Assembly: GCA_000175855.1 (NCBI GenBank)
Contig: ACYB01000035.1
Location: 360,001 to 392,000 of the forward strand
DNA from: Raphidiopsis brookii D9
GTDB taxonomy: Bacteria > Cyanobacteriota > Cyanobacteriia > Cyanobacteriales > Nostocaceae
DNA: 32,000 bases
Direction: 5' to 3'
The position numbers and the translations under genes were made by a program. The notes beneath the pieces were generated by a model. The model was not told where the DNA came from. It made no database searches and saw nothing but the letters and a program-made list of their open reading frames with translations. This document shows, one piece after another, positions 1 through 10,131 of this stretch; the stretch's first letter is position 1, and each line of letters begins with the position of its first letter.

Positions 1-51
1 GTTGGAAAACTACTATAATATGGTACAGAATTCTGAGCAAGGAAAAGAAAA

Positions 52-627
52 TTGCAAGAATCACAACAAAAAGCACCAATACACAAGATATCAAAAGAAC
101 CAACATTCTACTATTTTGCATACGGTTCTTGCATGTGCCCGGTAGACCTAAAGCGATCGCTTGGTGAGAATGTCCATCCTTACGTAATTGGACATGGCAT
201 ACTAAAAGAATATAGATTGAGATTTTATGGTTACTCCCACTTACGTAAATGCGGGGTTTTAGATGTGGTACAAGATAGTACATCTCTAGTTAGGGGCGTG
301 CTATACGAACTACCGTGGAGGTTCAGTGGAAATTTGGATAAGCGAGAGGGGGTATGCCAGGAATTCTATCGTCGTGAGATAGTTAACATTCAGCACGAAG
401 GTGAAATATACAAAAATGTTCGCACGTACGTTGTGGTAAATAAATTACTAGAGGAAATACCACCAAATGATTGGTATTTTAATGTAGTATTAAGAGGTGC
501 AATTACCTGTGGGTTACCAGAAGAATATTGCTGGCATTTGTTTGACAAAATGCACGGGTTACAACAGAAATCGCACCAAACCTCTAACATCGATAAAAAG
601 AATTTTAAGAAGACCCGCAACTCCTAA
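52..627 (+). CDS. gamma-glutamylcyclotransferase / AIG2-like (GGACT) family protein
   Basis: 191-aa ORF with an N-terminal YYFAYGSCM motif (the YGS-x-M signature of the GGCT fold) and the right size. The start codon is TTG and the true start is uncertain. Confidence 0.65.
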   Translation: MQESQQKAPIHKISKEPTFYYFAYGSCMCPVDLKRSLGENVHPYVIGHGILKEYRLRFYGYSHLRKCGVLDVVQDSTSLVRGVLYELPWRFSGNLDKREGVCQEFYRREIVNIQHEGEIYKNVRTYVVVNKLLEEIPPNDWYFNVVLRGAITCGLPEEYCWHLFDKMHGLQQKSHQTSNIDKKNFKKTRNS

Positions 628-648
628 ACCCAGTAAACCTAGTAATGG

Positions 649-1188
649 TTAGTCTAATTCCCGACGACCTTCTAGTGCTTTAGCCAATGTAATTTCATCA
701 GCATACTCTAAATCACCACCCATAGGTAAACCGAAAGCGATGCGGGTTACCCTGGTAAATGGTTTAAGTAACCCAGCTATATACAGAGTTGTAGTTTCCC
801 CCTCCACACTAGGACTAATGGCCATAATCACCTCTTGGGGTTTTTGTTGACTGACGCGACGGACGAGAGCTTGTAAAGTCAACTGTTCAGGTCCCATACC
901 ATCCATAGGGGAAATCACCCCGCCCAAGACGTGATACTTACCCCTATACTCACGGGTTTTTTCCAAAGCAATCACATCGCGGGAATCAGCAACCACACAA
1001 ATAGTTTGACTATCTCGATGGGGATTGCGGCAAATTTCACACACAGGTTCTGCTGTAAGATGATAACAAACCTGACATAACCCCACTTGTTTTTTGGCAT
1101 CAATTAATGTTTGTGCAAGAGCTTCAATTTCAGACTCTGGACGCTTTAGGATATATAAGGCTAGGCGTTGGGCAGACTTGGGCCCCAC
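649..1188 (-). CDS. recR: recombination protein RecR. The conserved N-terminus continues upstream to about 1242-1248 without a canonical start codon.
   Basis: GPKSAQRLA helix-hairpin-helix motif, C4 zinc finger CQVCYHLT...CEIC, and a Toprim-like [12 protein letters not shown] region. In-frame upstream codons read [20 protein letters not shown], the usual RecR N-terminus. Confidence 0.9.
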   Translation of the reverse strand: MGPKSAQRLALYILKRPESEIEALAQTLIDAKKQVGLCQVCYHLTAEPVCEICRNPHRDSQTICVVADSRDVIALEKTREYRGKYHVLGGVISPMDGMGPEQLTLQALVRRVSQQKPQEVIMAISPSVEGETTTLYIAGLLKPFTRVTRIAFGLPMGGDLEYADEITLAKALEGRRELD

Positions 1189-1360
1189 TCCAGGAAGGCG
1201 TTGTAATTGTTCAATTAATCTGGCTAATGGGCGTGTATAAACCGTAGACTTTCTCCTGTATTTACTAAACTTATTTTATAGTGATGATGATATTAAGTTT
1301 AGCATTGGGTTGCTGGGCGTAACGTCTACAATTATTTTATATAGTATATATATTATTATA

Positions 1361-1843
1361 CTAAATATAGTACATAGGATTCTCCTGTGACCTTATTTCC
1401 CTTTCTTGACACAGGTCCTGTAAGGTGTAGCGACCTAACACCTCTACTGAAGCTATGTTGGCCCGCTCCCAAATTTCCCACACTAGGCTTTTCTCTATGG
1501 TCAAAACCTTAGCATTTCTCTTTTCATTCCTTTCCCCTTCTATTAAAGTAACTATCTCTAGCAAGCTGATCTCCCAAGGTTCACGCACCAATAAAAAACC
1601 CCCTTTTGATCCCCGCTGGCTTTGCACTATTCCTGCACGTCGTAATTGGGTGAGAATTTGCTCTAAGTAACGCTCTGGTATCGGTTGTTTGGCGGCAATG
1701 TCGTTGATCGTTAGAGTCGCTTTCTTCCCGTAATTAATAGCTAGCTCTAATAGTGCTAACAGTGCGTACTCCACTTTGGCAGACAGCTCTAAAAGTCCGT
1801 AATTTTGACTATTCCCGTCGGTGTTTAAAATATTATTGTTCAT
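1361..1843 (-). CDS. Rrf2-family transcriptional regulator
   Basis: N-terminal winged helix of Rrf2 type (KVEYALLALLELA...TINDIAAKQPIPERYLEQILTQLRRAGIVQSQRGSKGGFLL); 160 aa. Confidence 0.85.
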   Translation of the reverse strand: MNNNILNTDGNSQNYGLLELSAKVEYALLALLELAINYGKKATLTINDIAAKQPIPERYLEQILTQLRRAGIVQSQRGSKGGFLLVREPWEISLLEIVTLIEGERNEKRNAKVLTIEKSLVWEIWERANIASVEVLGRYTLQDLCQEREIRSQENPMYYI

Positions 1844-2026
1844 TGATTTGTTTATGGGTTTTTATGCGAGACTAGTTGCTTTCTCATTTTGTGATACTAA
1901 AATATCATAACTCTATCGGTTTTTCGTATTTTTGTCTACCCAGAGCAAAAAACCTAAAAATCCATCTTTTAGGTCCTAATTTAATGTATACTACGATTAC
2001 TTAATCGATTAATTGTAATATAAGTA

Positions 2027-2617
2027 ATGATGCCATCATCTACAGATTTAAGTCAATTATCTGCTAACGATAATCAAAGGTACTTTACTCGGCGATCGCT
2101 TTTACCATCAGACCAGAGTCATCTTTGGCAAATAAATAGTGGTTTTGTTATGACTAATACATATTTAGAAGATGGAACAATGATAGCGCTGGGGTTATGG
2201 GGTGCGGGAGACATAGTTGGTGAGTCCCTGACAAAAATAAAACCTTATCAAGCACAGTGTTTAACTAGCGTGGAAGCAAGTTTGGTCTTTGCCCAGGACT
2301 GGAATCAATCAAAAACTGATTGGCTTAAACATATTGAACAAGCAGAGGAACTAATGGTAATTCGCGGTAATAAAAAGGTCGAAACAATGTTAATTCAATT
2401 ATTAGTATGGTTGTCGAAAAAATTCGGTTCTCAGGTGGAACAAGGACGTTTAATTGATATGCGGTTAACTCATGAAGACTTGGCCGGGTTGATCAGTTCC
2501 AGTCGCGTCACTGTTACCCGCTTATTAGGACAATTAGAACAGGAAAAAGTCATTGAGAGAAAATCTCTTAATCGAATTATTGTCCATCAAGAAGATATTT
2601 GGTACTATGAGATTTAA
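2027..2617 (+). CDS. Crp/Fnr-family transcriptional regulator
   Basis: cNMP-binding-like beta-barrel region (GLWGAGDIVGE) and a C-terminal HTH (THEDLAGLISSSRVTVTRLLGQLEQEKVIER). Divergent from the Rrf2 gene. Confidence 0.8.
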   Translation: MMPSSTDLSQLSANDNQRYFTRRSLLPSDQSHLWQINSGFVMTNTYLEDGTMIALGLWGAGDIVGESLTKIKPYQAQCLTSVEASLVFAQDWNQSKTDWLKHIEQAEELMVIRGNKKVETMLIQLLVWLSKKFGSQVEQGRLIDMRLTHEDLAGLISSSRVTVTRLLGQLEQEKVIERKSLNRIIVHQEDIWYYEI

Positions 2618-2630
2618 GGTCGACTAATCA

Positions 2631-3404
2631 ATGCCACAAAATTTAGATCTGTTTCATAGCTTCCTATTGCTTACTACAGCATTTGTTGCCGGTGCATTAA
2701 ACGCTGTAGCTGGAGGTGGTAGTTTTATTACATTTCCTACTCTTGTATTTCTTGGTATAGCTCCAATAAATGCTAATGCCAGCAACAACACTGCTTTGTG
2801 GATTGCTTCTATGGCTAGTGCCAGTGCATATAGACATAATTTAAATATTCCAAAACAACAATTTTTAGTTCTATGCTTAACTAGTTTAATTGGAGGAGTA
2901 ATTGGCTCCGTAATTCTGTTATATACATCACAGAATGTTTTTAAAAACCTACTACCTTATCTGTTGCTGTCAGCGACACTGATTTTCACGTTTAGTGATA
3001 TATTTAGAAAATGGTTACAGTTTAAAAGTCAACGATCCTTTGATAAACCACCTTTATGGGTACTGGTGATTGCTCAACTAGGAATTTCTATTTACGGTGG
3101 TTTTTTTGGTGCGGGTTTAGGAATTTTAATGTTGGCAACTTTAAGTTTTTTAGGTATTAAAAATATTCACTCAATGAATGCTTTTAAAGCCTTCCTCGGT
3201 AGTTGTATCAATGGTATTGCTATCTTTCCTTTCATTTATGCAGGTCTAATTGCTTGGCACCAAACTATATTAATGGCTATCGGTGGTTCCCTGGGTGGTT
3301 ATTTATGCGCTCATTATGCTTCTAAGTTAAAACCTAGTATTGTCAAAATATTTGTAGTTTTTATTGGATTTAGTATGACTACTTATTTCTTTATTCACAG
3401 ATGA
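2631..3404 (+). CDS. TauE/SafE (TSUP) family anion exporter / membrane permease
   Basis: 257-aa polytopic membrane protein with Gly-rich repeated halves (AGALNAVAGGGSF..., GGFFGAGLGILM) typical of TSUP. It starts 13 bp after the Crp-family gene, so they are probably co-transcribed. Confidence 0.8.
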   Translation: MPQNLDLFHSFLLLTTAFVAGALNAVAGGGSFITFPTLVFLGIAPINANASNNTALWIASMASASAYRHNLNIPKQQFLVLCLTSLIGGVIGSVILLYTSQNVFKNLLPYLLLSATLIFTFSDIFRKWLQFKSQRSFDKPPLWVLVIAQLGISIYGGFFGAGLGILMLATLSFLGIKNIHSMNAFKAFLGSCINGIAIFPFIYAGLIAWHQTILMAIGGSLGGYLCAHYASKLKPSIVKIFVVFIGFSMTTYFFIHR

Positions 3405-3476
3405 AATTGACCACCATAGCTGACTTTGCGATCGCCATCAAGTTGAATTTCTGGTGCAATTTGCCTCACCATATCA

Positions 3477-4820
3477 TTAACCTACCCAATGATGTTGAGC
3501 GAATCCTATAGCTAACCTAAAAAGTAAAACCACAAATAAACCGACAGCTAGATAAGCTTGGCGGGGAAATCGGGACAACCAAGCACCAATAGCAATACTT
3601 AAAGGAACAATACCATAAGCTAGACGACTTAAAGATATGGTTCCTCCAGAAGCTAATAATAAACCGACTCCACACAAACCATAAATGACCATGAGAGGTG
3701 TGAGCTTGCGACGAAAATGCCACACTAAATAACTACCACCTACCACCATTAAAACATTGAGCAAATTGTTGATCACCCTCTGATCTACTAAAATCAATAA
3801 CACTGCTAATGTAATATAAACCAAATATGTCATAAAGGGATGCCAATATTTTTGCCGCAACCACAAAGTCACTGTGCCATAAACCATAAAACCAAAAAAT
3901 ACCGGATACCAAGGATCCCTAATTCCTCCATCATCTTTCCATACCCACCCAAAATTCCAATTTCTTCCCAAAATAATTTGCATCAACATATTTAACCAAC
4001 CTTGCCAATCAAAACCAAGAGATGGTCGCCATCCTTTTTGAGCAGCAATAAAGGCTAACGGATCATGAAAATTAATCGCACAATATATGCTAAATAATAT
4101 TAGCCCAGTAGCAGTTAACAAACTGGTAAAATAAGCTATTTTACCCCGCCTTTGTCTCCAAGCGGTCAGCAATAAAGCAGGAATTAAAGCCATTCCCGTA
4201 GGACGTGTAGCAGTTGCCATCGCTCCCCAAAAGGCACTTAAGCTATATTTTTCCTCATCAAAAGCTCTTAAACAACCAATGCTGAAGAATAAATATAATC
4301 CTTCTGTGTAAATTACCCCCGTAAACATGGACATGGGACAACAACAAATGACTATGGTTGTCCATTGCGCTACCCTTAAACTACAATGTTTTTTAACCCA
4401 AAAATATAATAGGTAAATCGCTCCTAAAAACGACAAATTGTTGATTAATAAACCAGCTATTTCAAAAGGTAACCCTATCTTCATTAAAACCCAAATGGTT
4501 ACGGGAAACATAGGAAAAAAAGCTAGATTATATTGTTGACCATCAGGGTAAAACTCGTAACCACTAGTGGCGATCGCCCGATAATGCACACTGTCCCAAG
4601 CATCAAAAATACCCCATGTACCATGGTCAAAAACGCTATCATCCGTCATTGGTATGTTAGGTGCAATTAGCAACATTCCTGCCCAAATCAGTAACCGACT
4701 TAGTAGCCATATAACTCCAGGAAAATATATGTTATCCTTGCCCAGATAGTTACTAATGAAGTTGTAACTAAACAACTTCTGATTAATTGGTTTATAACCC
4801 GCAAATTGACCCTTGGTCAT
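3477..4820 (-). CDS. polytopic membrane glycosyltransferase, PIG-V/mannosyltransferase-like (GT-C type)
   Basis: 447 aa with more than 10 predicted TM helices. The N-terminal loop motif DSVHYRAIATSGYEF...AFFPMFP resembles the PIG-V family signature. Confidence 0.55.
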   Translation of the reverse strand: MTKGQFAGYKPINQKLFSYNFISNYLGKDNIYFPGVIWLLSRLLIWAGMLLIAPNIPMTDDSVFDHGTWGIFDAWDSVHYRAIATSGYEFYPDGQQYNLAFFPMFPVTIWVLMKIGLPFEIAGLLINNLSFLGAIYLLYFWVKKHCSLRVAQWTTIVICCCPMSMFTGVIYTEGLYLFFSIGCLRAFDEEKYSLSAFWGAMATATRPTGMALIPALLLTAWRQRRGKIAYFTSLLTATGLILFSIYCAINFHDPLAFIAAQKGWRPSLGFDWQGWLNMLMQIILGRNWNFGWVWKDDGGIRDPWYPVFFGFMVYGTVTLWLRQKYWHPFMTYLVYITLAVLLILVDQRVINNLLNVLMVVGGSYLVWHFRRKLTPLMVIYGLCGVGLLLASGGTISLSRLAYGIVPLSIAIGAWLSRFPRQAYLAVGLFVVLLFRLAIGFAQHHWVG

Positions 4821-4957
4821 ATTTAAACAAGAGAATTAAAGAAAACATATTAGATATTACCAAATACTAAGGAATTTATTCCTTTTACGTAAAAGGAGAA
4901 ACAAGATATAGAATTTGCCCAAAATAAAGAAGAATCTCTCCATCTTGATCCCTGACG

Positions 4958-6187
4958 GTGTCACAATTAGGAGTATCCGTAAATTGTTCAATCATTGTGA
5001 AAGCTATAACTCTTCTAGGTTCTACTGGTTCTATTGGTACTCAGACCTTAGATATCGTTTCTGAGCATCCAGACAAGTTTCGCATAGTTGGTCTTGCTGC
5101 TGGACGTAATGTAGAGTTATTTGCAGCGCAAATCCGCCAGTTTCGTCCCCAAATAGCTGCTATCTCCTGTGCTGATAAGTTACAGGAGCTGGAGGAAGCT
5201 ATCAAAGATATCTACCCCCAACCCATTTTACTATCCGGGGAAGCAGGTGTGGTGGAAGTCGCTCGTTATGGTAATTCCCAAACGGTAGTTACTGGAATCG
5301 TCGGTTGTGCGGGTTTACTCCCTACTATCGCTGCTATTGAAGCGGGTAAGGATATTGCTTTGGCAAATAAAGAAACTTTAATTGCTGGTGGCCCAGTGGT
5401 TTTACCCCTAGTACAAAAACACGGGGTCAAGTTATTACCTGCTGATTCGGAACATTCCGCTATTTTCCAATGCTTACAAGGTGTACCCCCAGCTGGGTTG
5501 AAAAAAATTTTGTTGACCGCTTCTGGAGGAGCTTTTAGAGATTGGCCAGTGGAACAATTGCCCACAGTTAGGGTTGCAGATGCTCTTAAACATCCTAACT
5601 GGTCTATGGGTAAAAAAATTACTGTGGATTCAGCAACTCTGATGAATAAGGGGTTGGAAGTTATTGAGGCCCATTATTTATTCGGTATGGACTACAATGA
5701 CATCGAAATTGTTATTCATCCCCAAAGTATTATTCATTCTTTAATTGAGTTACAAGATTCTTCTGTTTTAGCTCAGTTGGGTTGGCCAGATATGCGCCTA
5801 CCTTTGCTTTATGCCTTGTCTTGGCCAGAAAGAATTTACACCAATTGGCAAAGGCTAGATTTGGTCAAATGCGGAACTTTGACTTTTCGTGAACCAGATC
5901 ACCACAAATACCCTTGTATGGGTTTAGCCTATTCCGCTGGTAGAGCAGGTGGATCCATGCCCGCTGTTTTAAATGCAGCTAATGAACAAGCTGTAGCACT
6001 ATTTTTAGAAGAAAAAATCGGCTATTTGGATATTGCTCGCTGTATTGAATTGGTGTGCGATCGCCATCAGAACCAGTCTCATCCTTCTTTAGAGGATATC
6101 CTGCTAGCAGATAGGTGGGCTAGACAAGAAGTAATTAAAGCCACTGAAAATTTTAGTATACAACCACAGTTTATTTCTTTCCGCTAA
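4958..6187 (+). CDS. dxr: 1-deoxy-D-xylulose-5-phosphate reductoisomerase. The likely true start is GTG at 4997, giving [14 protein letters not shown].
   Basis: NADPH-binding motif [16 protein letters not shown], plus [18 protein letters not shown] and [13 protein letters not shown], all diagnostic of Dxr. Confidence 0.95.
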   Translation: MSQLGVSVNCSIIVKAITLLGSTGSIGTQTLDIVSEHPDKFRIVGLAAGRNVELFAAQIRQFRPQIAAISCADKLQELEEAIKDIYPQPILLSGEAGVVEVARYGNSQTVVTGIVGCAGLLPTIAAIEAGKDIALANKETLIAGGPVVLPLVQKHGVKLLPADSEHSAIFQCLQGVPPAGLKKILLTASGGAFRDWPVEQLPTVRVADALKHPNWSMGKKITVDSATLMNKGLEVIEAHYLFGMDYNDIEIVIHPQSIIHSLIELQDSSVLAQLGWPDMRLPLLYALSWPERIYTNWQRLDLVKCGTLTFREPDHHKYPCMGLAYSAGRAGGSMPAVLNAANEQAVALFLEEKIGYLDIARCIELVCDRHQNQSHPSLEDILLADRWARQEVIKATENFSIQPQFISFR

Positions 6188-6210
6188 CTTTAACATCTCT
6201 ATCGCATTCA

Positions 6211-6240
6211 CCTACACCAGTTTGCTAAAAGTGGTGTAGG
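6211..6240. terminator. hairpin between convergent dxr and the thioesterase gene (possible bidirectional terminator)
   Basis: cctacacca (6211-6219) pairs perfectly with tggtgtagg (6232-6240) around a 12-nt loop. There is no clear U-tract. Confidence 0.35.
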
Positions 6241-6269
6241 CAAGTGTCTTGACATTTTTAAACTTATAA

Positions 6270-6767
6270 CTACTTATAAGATGCCGCAATTTTAGCGATC
6301 GCCTCCTGGAATGTGGCGGGTAACTGACGCATAATTTTACCCCTTTCCCGATCTAACGCTACTAAACTTACTTGAGCAGTTACACATAATTCCTGATCAT
6401 CAAGAGAGACAATTTTATAGTCCCAGTTGATTCGCACACCTGTTACTTCTAGCATGCGGGTCTTGACCAAAGCCATATTTCCTAATTGTAGTGATCTATG
6501 ATAGCGTATAGACAGTTCTACAACTGGTAGATCACACCCCAAAGCTACCAAATCAGCATAATCAACACCAAAGGAGCGTAAACACTCTACTCGCGCCTCC
6601 TCCATCCAAGTTAAGTAGGTACCATGCCAAACTAATCCTGCATAGTCGGTATGATGAGGTTGTACTCTGATGGGATAGTCAAACCAGGTATCAACTTCAT
6701 TCTTTGTTAACTTGTCAATTGCACTTGCTGGTGGTAAAGTTCCTTGACCTGATGTTGTGTTGCTCAT
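6270..6767 (-). CDS. hotdog-fold acyl-CoA thioesterase (4HBT/YbgC-like)
   Basis: YPIRVQPHHTDYAGLVWHGTYLTWMEEARVECLR matches the 4HBT catalytic region (HTD...V.H..Y). 165 aa. Confidence 0.75.
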   Translation of the reverse strand: MSNTTSGQGTLPPASAIDKLTKNEVDTWFDYPIRVQPHHTDYAGLVWHGTYLTWMEEARVECLRSFGVDYADLVALGCDLPVVELSIRYHRSLQLGNMALVKTRMLEVTGVRINWDYKIVSLDDQELCVTAQVSLVALDRERGKIMRQLPATFQEAIAKIAASYK

Positions 6768-6785
6768 CTATACAAAATAACGTCC

Positions 6786-7127
6786 TTACTTCTTAATTAG
6801 AGCTTTCTGATTTGTACAAGGTTCTATAGAATGTTTAACTAGATTAGCTAGTTCTTGTAATTGCTGGATTGCTTCCGCTCCTTCTAACTTCATCAATTCC
6901 CGGTCATCCCTCATTTCGGTCCAGGTAATCCCATAGTCAGACACCAGAAAGCGGATGAGGTGATTATTCCCCAAACCCACCATAAATGAAGCACTGTTCA
7001 TTTGATCCCCACAGGTGTAGCAAGAAGCTGGGTAACCCTTGCGTTCTAGAACCATGGCCAGAGCTTGTAAGTTCATTACTAACTCTTGCACAAATTGTCT
7101 ATGTTCGTATGCTAGTCTCAGAAACAT
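6786..7127 (-). CDS. conserved cyanobacterial hypothetical protein (tentatively DUF1815-like)
   Basis: Uninterrupted 113-aa ORF with non-repetitive composition. The family assignment is from memory only. Confidence 0.45.
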   Translation of the reverse strand: MFLRLAYEHRQFVQELVMNLQALAMVLERKGYPASCYTCGDQMNSASFMVGLGNNHLIRFLVSDYGITWTEMRDDRELMKLEGAEAIQQLQELANLVKHSIEPCTNQKALIKK

Positions 7128-7581
7128 TTTTTCCTCCAGACACCACGGTCATTTGAGAATGTTTTATATTTTATTTAGATTTTCCTATCCTTTGGTATTG
7201 TAGTCTATTCTCAACACTTTTGAGTAAATGCTTAGGTTAGCAATTAGCCACTTTGCCAAAGTAGTGGACAGTTGTCCTGGGTTTTGTATCAAATCATTCA
7301 CTTTGTTTTCCCAAAGCCTAGATAAAACTGATGAGGTTAACAATGCTGTTTAATGTTTAGTCTTATTCCTGGTTGGAATACTAAGGAATTAGCCTTTAGC
7401 CTAACCTAAATCTCCCGTTAGTCAAATTGGCAATAGTTGGATATTACACCCCCGTATGCAATTTTGAGAGGATTTAGCATTATTTCTTAACCATATCGTA
7501 ATTTTCCTTTTTCCCCCTGGGTTAACTACAGCTCCCACTACCATATTTCTAGCCAGATTAAATTAAATTATATTCATTAAC

Positions 7582-7821
7582 CTAAGCTACTACTTGCCAC
7601 CATCCAAAAGCGGGTCCGATAAAACGGATAGTCACCCATATAGCTACCATAGTTCCAATACCAATCCATGCTCCCCGAGTGGTTATTTTCACAAAAAGTT
7701 CCGCTTGAGATTTAGTAATGGGAACCCATGGCAATATGGGGGTTTCTTGTCCATAGTTCTCCCCCATAGCATTCTTCCGACGTTTTGCTTCACCCATAAC
7801 AAATAATTGATTTCGTTTCAC
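7582..7821 (-). CDS. small membrane protein (tentatively DUF2839-like); the likely start is the internal MGEAKRRK
   Basis: MGEAKRRKNAMGENYGQE N-terminus and one C-terminal TM helix (AWIGIGTMVAIWVTIRFIGPAFGWW). Confidence 0.5.
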   Translation of the reverse strand: MKRNQLFVMGEAKRRKNAMGENYGQETPILPWVPITKSQAELFVKITTRGAWIGIGTMVAIWVTIRFIGPAFGWWQVVA

Positions 7822-7853
7822 CTGCTAGTATATTTTATTTCCTCTCAAATTCA

Positions 7854-9413
7854 TCAATAGTTTTCTGAAGTATGGGAAAAAAGACTGGGATCAAGATAGT
7901 CTAAGCGTGCTCGGGGGCTAAGAGAAGCAAGAATCTGGGATCCATAACTGCGATTGACCACACGACTATCCAATAAAGCTACTACCCCCTGACTTTCTCT
8001 CACCGGAGCCAGGGCTCGTTGTAACTCACTTAGCGCAGTAGGCAGCAGGTACAATCTAAACCAGTCCTGGTGCGATCGCTTGTAATAAGCCACCCTACCA
8101 GCTACTAAAGGGTTCTCTAGGGATGGTAGGGGTAAAGTGGCAATAATCAATAACTGGGGTGCGGGCAAAACATTCTGGTGCGATCGCCAAAATTCCCAAC
8201 CACTGACGAGGATACCATTATCATCCAAGCAAGTTTTTTCCACTTGAACTCGTGAACCGAAGTCAGCAGCCAAAATCGCTGCCACTCTACTTTTGAGAGG
8301 TACATCACCGACTAACACTACAGTTAGGCCAGAAGCTGTGGCACTCAAACAAATCAGGGTACGGACCTGATGAATAAACGAAGCTTGAAACTCCGGTGTA
8401 TTGGGCAAAGGTAACTTATGAGGTAAATAAAGCTGAATAGCTTCAGCGTGATTGTCAGTGGAGAACTTCAAACAAGTTACATCTACTAAACCCAGGCGTT
8501 GGCGAAATAGGGGTGCTTCCGTTTCCGGTTCCAAAGCACTACCAATTAATACCACCGGTTGTCGTTGCCAAATGGGTGCTAATTTTGTTGCTAATTCTAC
8601 GGGTGCACAATGTAAATAAAATAGACCTTGACGACGAGCAACAGTGGACCAAAAAAGGGAAACAGAATTATCAATAGCGTTGTAGAAACATGACTGAAAA
8701 CTACGCCATATAGCTGGGAGATGGTCAGGATTTAAAGCGGAAAACAGAGTTTGTAAAATTTCAATTTCCTGTTGGCAAATTAGATAACAGTGGTATGGAT
8801 TTTCTGGATGCTGAAACAATTCATGAGTTAATTTTACCCTCACTTCTCGGATTAAATCCGCTTGGTGGGGACAAGCCCAGATGAGCTGATCCCAGTCCTG
8901 GGGATCAAGGTTTTGGGTCAACTGATTACGTACCCAATCTTCTAAATCGTCTACACCATCAATAATAGTAGGAATATGAGGAGGGAAACCAATGTGTTCA
9001 TTACTCAACTGCTCTTTTAGCCATGCTTGAGGGGAGGTTAAGAGTAAACCTTTAAAATCAGGATCAGGCCAAACATCACCTGTTCTAATAGATTTAGTTC
9101 TTCCTAACCACTGTTCAAGACGAGGTATTTCTGTGTTGAGCAATCTTTGCTGAATTTCTGGTAATGCTACGATAATTACTGGACCGGGCCACATTAAAGC
9201 GGAGGCAATAAAACTTGTGCGGTATCTTCCTTGATAACCACAAAGAGCCCCAACTTGAATTAAAGCACTACGTCCCAAACGTAAAGCTCTAGCTACCAAT
9301 CTTGCCATCGTTAGATGATGAGGCCAAGTTGGAAAACCCACCTGGGAGCGCAGGAAATTATGTAATGACAAATGAACCTCAGCCTCAATCACAGGTCTTT
9401 TACCCCATAACAA
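7854..9413 (-). CDS. DinG/Rad3-like helicase homologue with degenerate ATPase motifs
   Basis: The C-terminal region LPLPSLENPLVAGR...LLPTALSELQRALAPVRESQGVVALLDSRV aligns by eye with the DinG helicase C-terminal domain. The Walker A position reads GALCGYQGRYRTS and the DEAH position reads IDGVDD. Confidence 0.6.
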   Translation of the reverse strand: MLWGKRPVIEAEVHLSLHNFLRSQVGFPTWPHHLTMARLVARALRLGRSALIQVGALCGYQGRYRTSFIASALMWPGPVIIVALPEIQQRLLNTEIPRLEQWLGRTKSIRTGDVWPDPDFKGLLLTSPQAWLKEQLSNEHIGFPPHIPTIIDGVDDLEDWVRNQLTQNLDPQDWDQLIWACPHQADLIREVRVKLTHELFQHPENPYHCYLICQQEIEILQTLFSALNPDHLPAIWRSFQSCFYNAIDNSVSLFWSTVARRQGLFYLHCAPVELATKLAPIWQRQPVVLIGSALEPETEAPLFRQRLGLVDVTCLKFSTDNHAEAIQLYLPHKLPLPNTPEFQASFIHQVRTLICLSATASGLTVVLVGDVPLKSRVAAILAADFGSRVQVEKTCLDDNGILVSGWEFWRSHQNVLPAPQLLIIATLPLPSLENPLVAGRVAYYKRSHQDWFRLYLLPTALSELQRALAPVRESQGVVALLDSRVVNRSYGSQILASLSPRARLDYLDPSLFSHTSENY

Positions 9414-9419
9414 CTTTTT

Positions 9420-10016
9420 TTAACCAGTCACCTCAGCCATTTCAATAATTCTTCCTTCATAATCTTTCACCAAAAAGTTCAAAGGTTTTTGATTACGAAT
9501 CTTAAACTTTAACCCTCTAGTTTCCACCCGCACTAAGATTAAGTCTAAACAATCTCGGTCAAAACAAACGTGACGTTGTTGACTTTTACTACCTAGACTT
9601 GCACCAGTAATAACGTGTAGTTGGGTATTTTTCTTTAACTGGTACCATAGTCCATCATTGCCATTACTAATAGTTCTGTGGGGGACACTAGGGACAGAAG
9701 ACATATAAAGCGGGTCTATAGCTGTAGCACCTATAGTTTGTTCATAATTATAGTAGTAGTGTAGAGGTACTTCCGCAGCGGGTAGATCTAACAAACCCTG
9801 ATAGAGTTGTCGAGCAATTTCTAAGTCCGAGACCATTACAGTATAGACCTTGGGGGCGCTGGTGAGAAACATCCACATGGCACCAGCATAAGCTGCCAAT
9901 AGCATAATCATAATCCCCTGGGTGGAAAATAGACTATCCAAGGGTAGGGAGGGCAAAAAAGAGGCAATTGTCACTGGAATATGCAAAAAAGGTATCACAC
10001 TAGCTACTATAACCAT
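9420..10016 (-). CDS. membrane-anchored hypothetical protein, possibly VOC/glyoxalase-like
   Basis: Two N-terminal hydrophobic helices, then a region (VMVSDLEIARQLYQGLL...HVCFDRDCLDLILVRVETRGLKF) resembling a VOC beta-alpha-beta-beta-beta module. It lies 6 bp downstream of the DinG-like gene. Confidence 0.4.
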   Translation of the reverse strand: MVIVASVIPFLHIPVTIASFLPSLPLDSLFSTQGIMIMLLAAYAGAMWMFLTSAPKVYTVMVSDLEIARQLYQGLLDLPAAEVPLHYYYNYEQTIGATAIDPLYMSSVPSVPHRTISNGNDGLWYQLKKNTQLHVITGASLGSKSQQRHVCFDRDCLDLILVRVETRGLKFKIRNQKPLNFLVKDYEGRIIEMAEVTG

Positions 10017-10131
10017 GAATAAATCTAGATTGTATAGTGAATAGGTTTTTAGTATTGTTGCTAAAGACTAGCATATCGCTATCTCCTTAATAGTTTATAC
10101 TATAACCGACTTGAGCTGACATTTAAACCCC

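Noticed and set aside
1342-1363. TAGTATA-N8-TATACTA inverted repeat upstream of recR considered as a possible LexA/SOS box.
   Set aside because: The half-site sequence and spacing do not fit the cyanobacterial LexA consensus (RGTAC-N3-DGTWCB). The element is embedded in (TA)-rich low-complexity sequence and overlaps the Rrf2 stop codon.
2001-2012. The perfect 12-bp palindrome TTAATCGATTAA considered as an operator in the Rrf2/Crp divergent region.
   Set aside because: It lies only about 15 nt upstream of the Crp-family start codon, in RBS territory. It is AT-rich and does not resemble Crp (TGTGA-N6-TCACA) or IscR-type sites. A chance palindrome is plausible.
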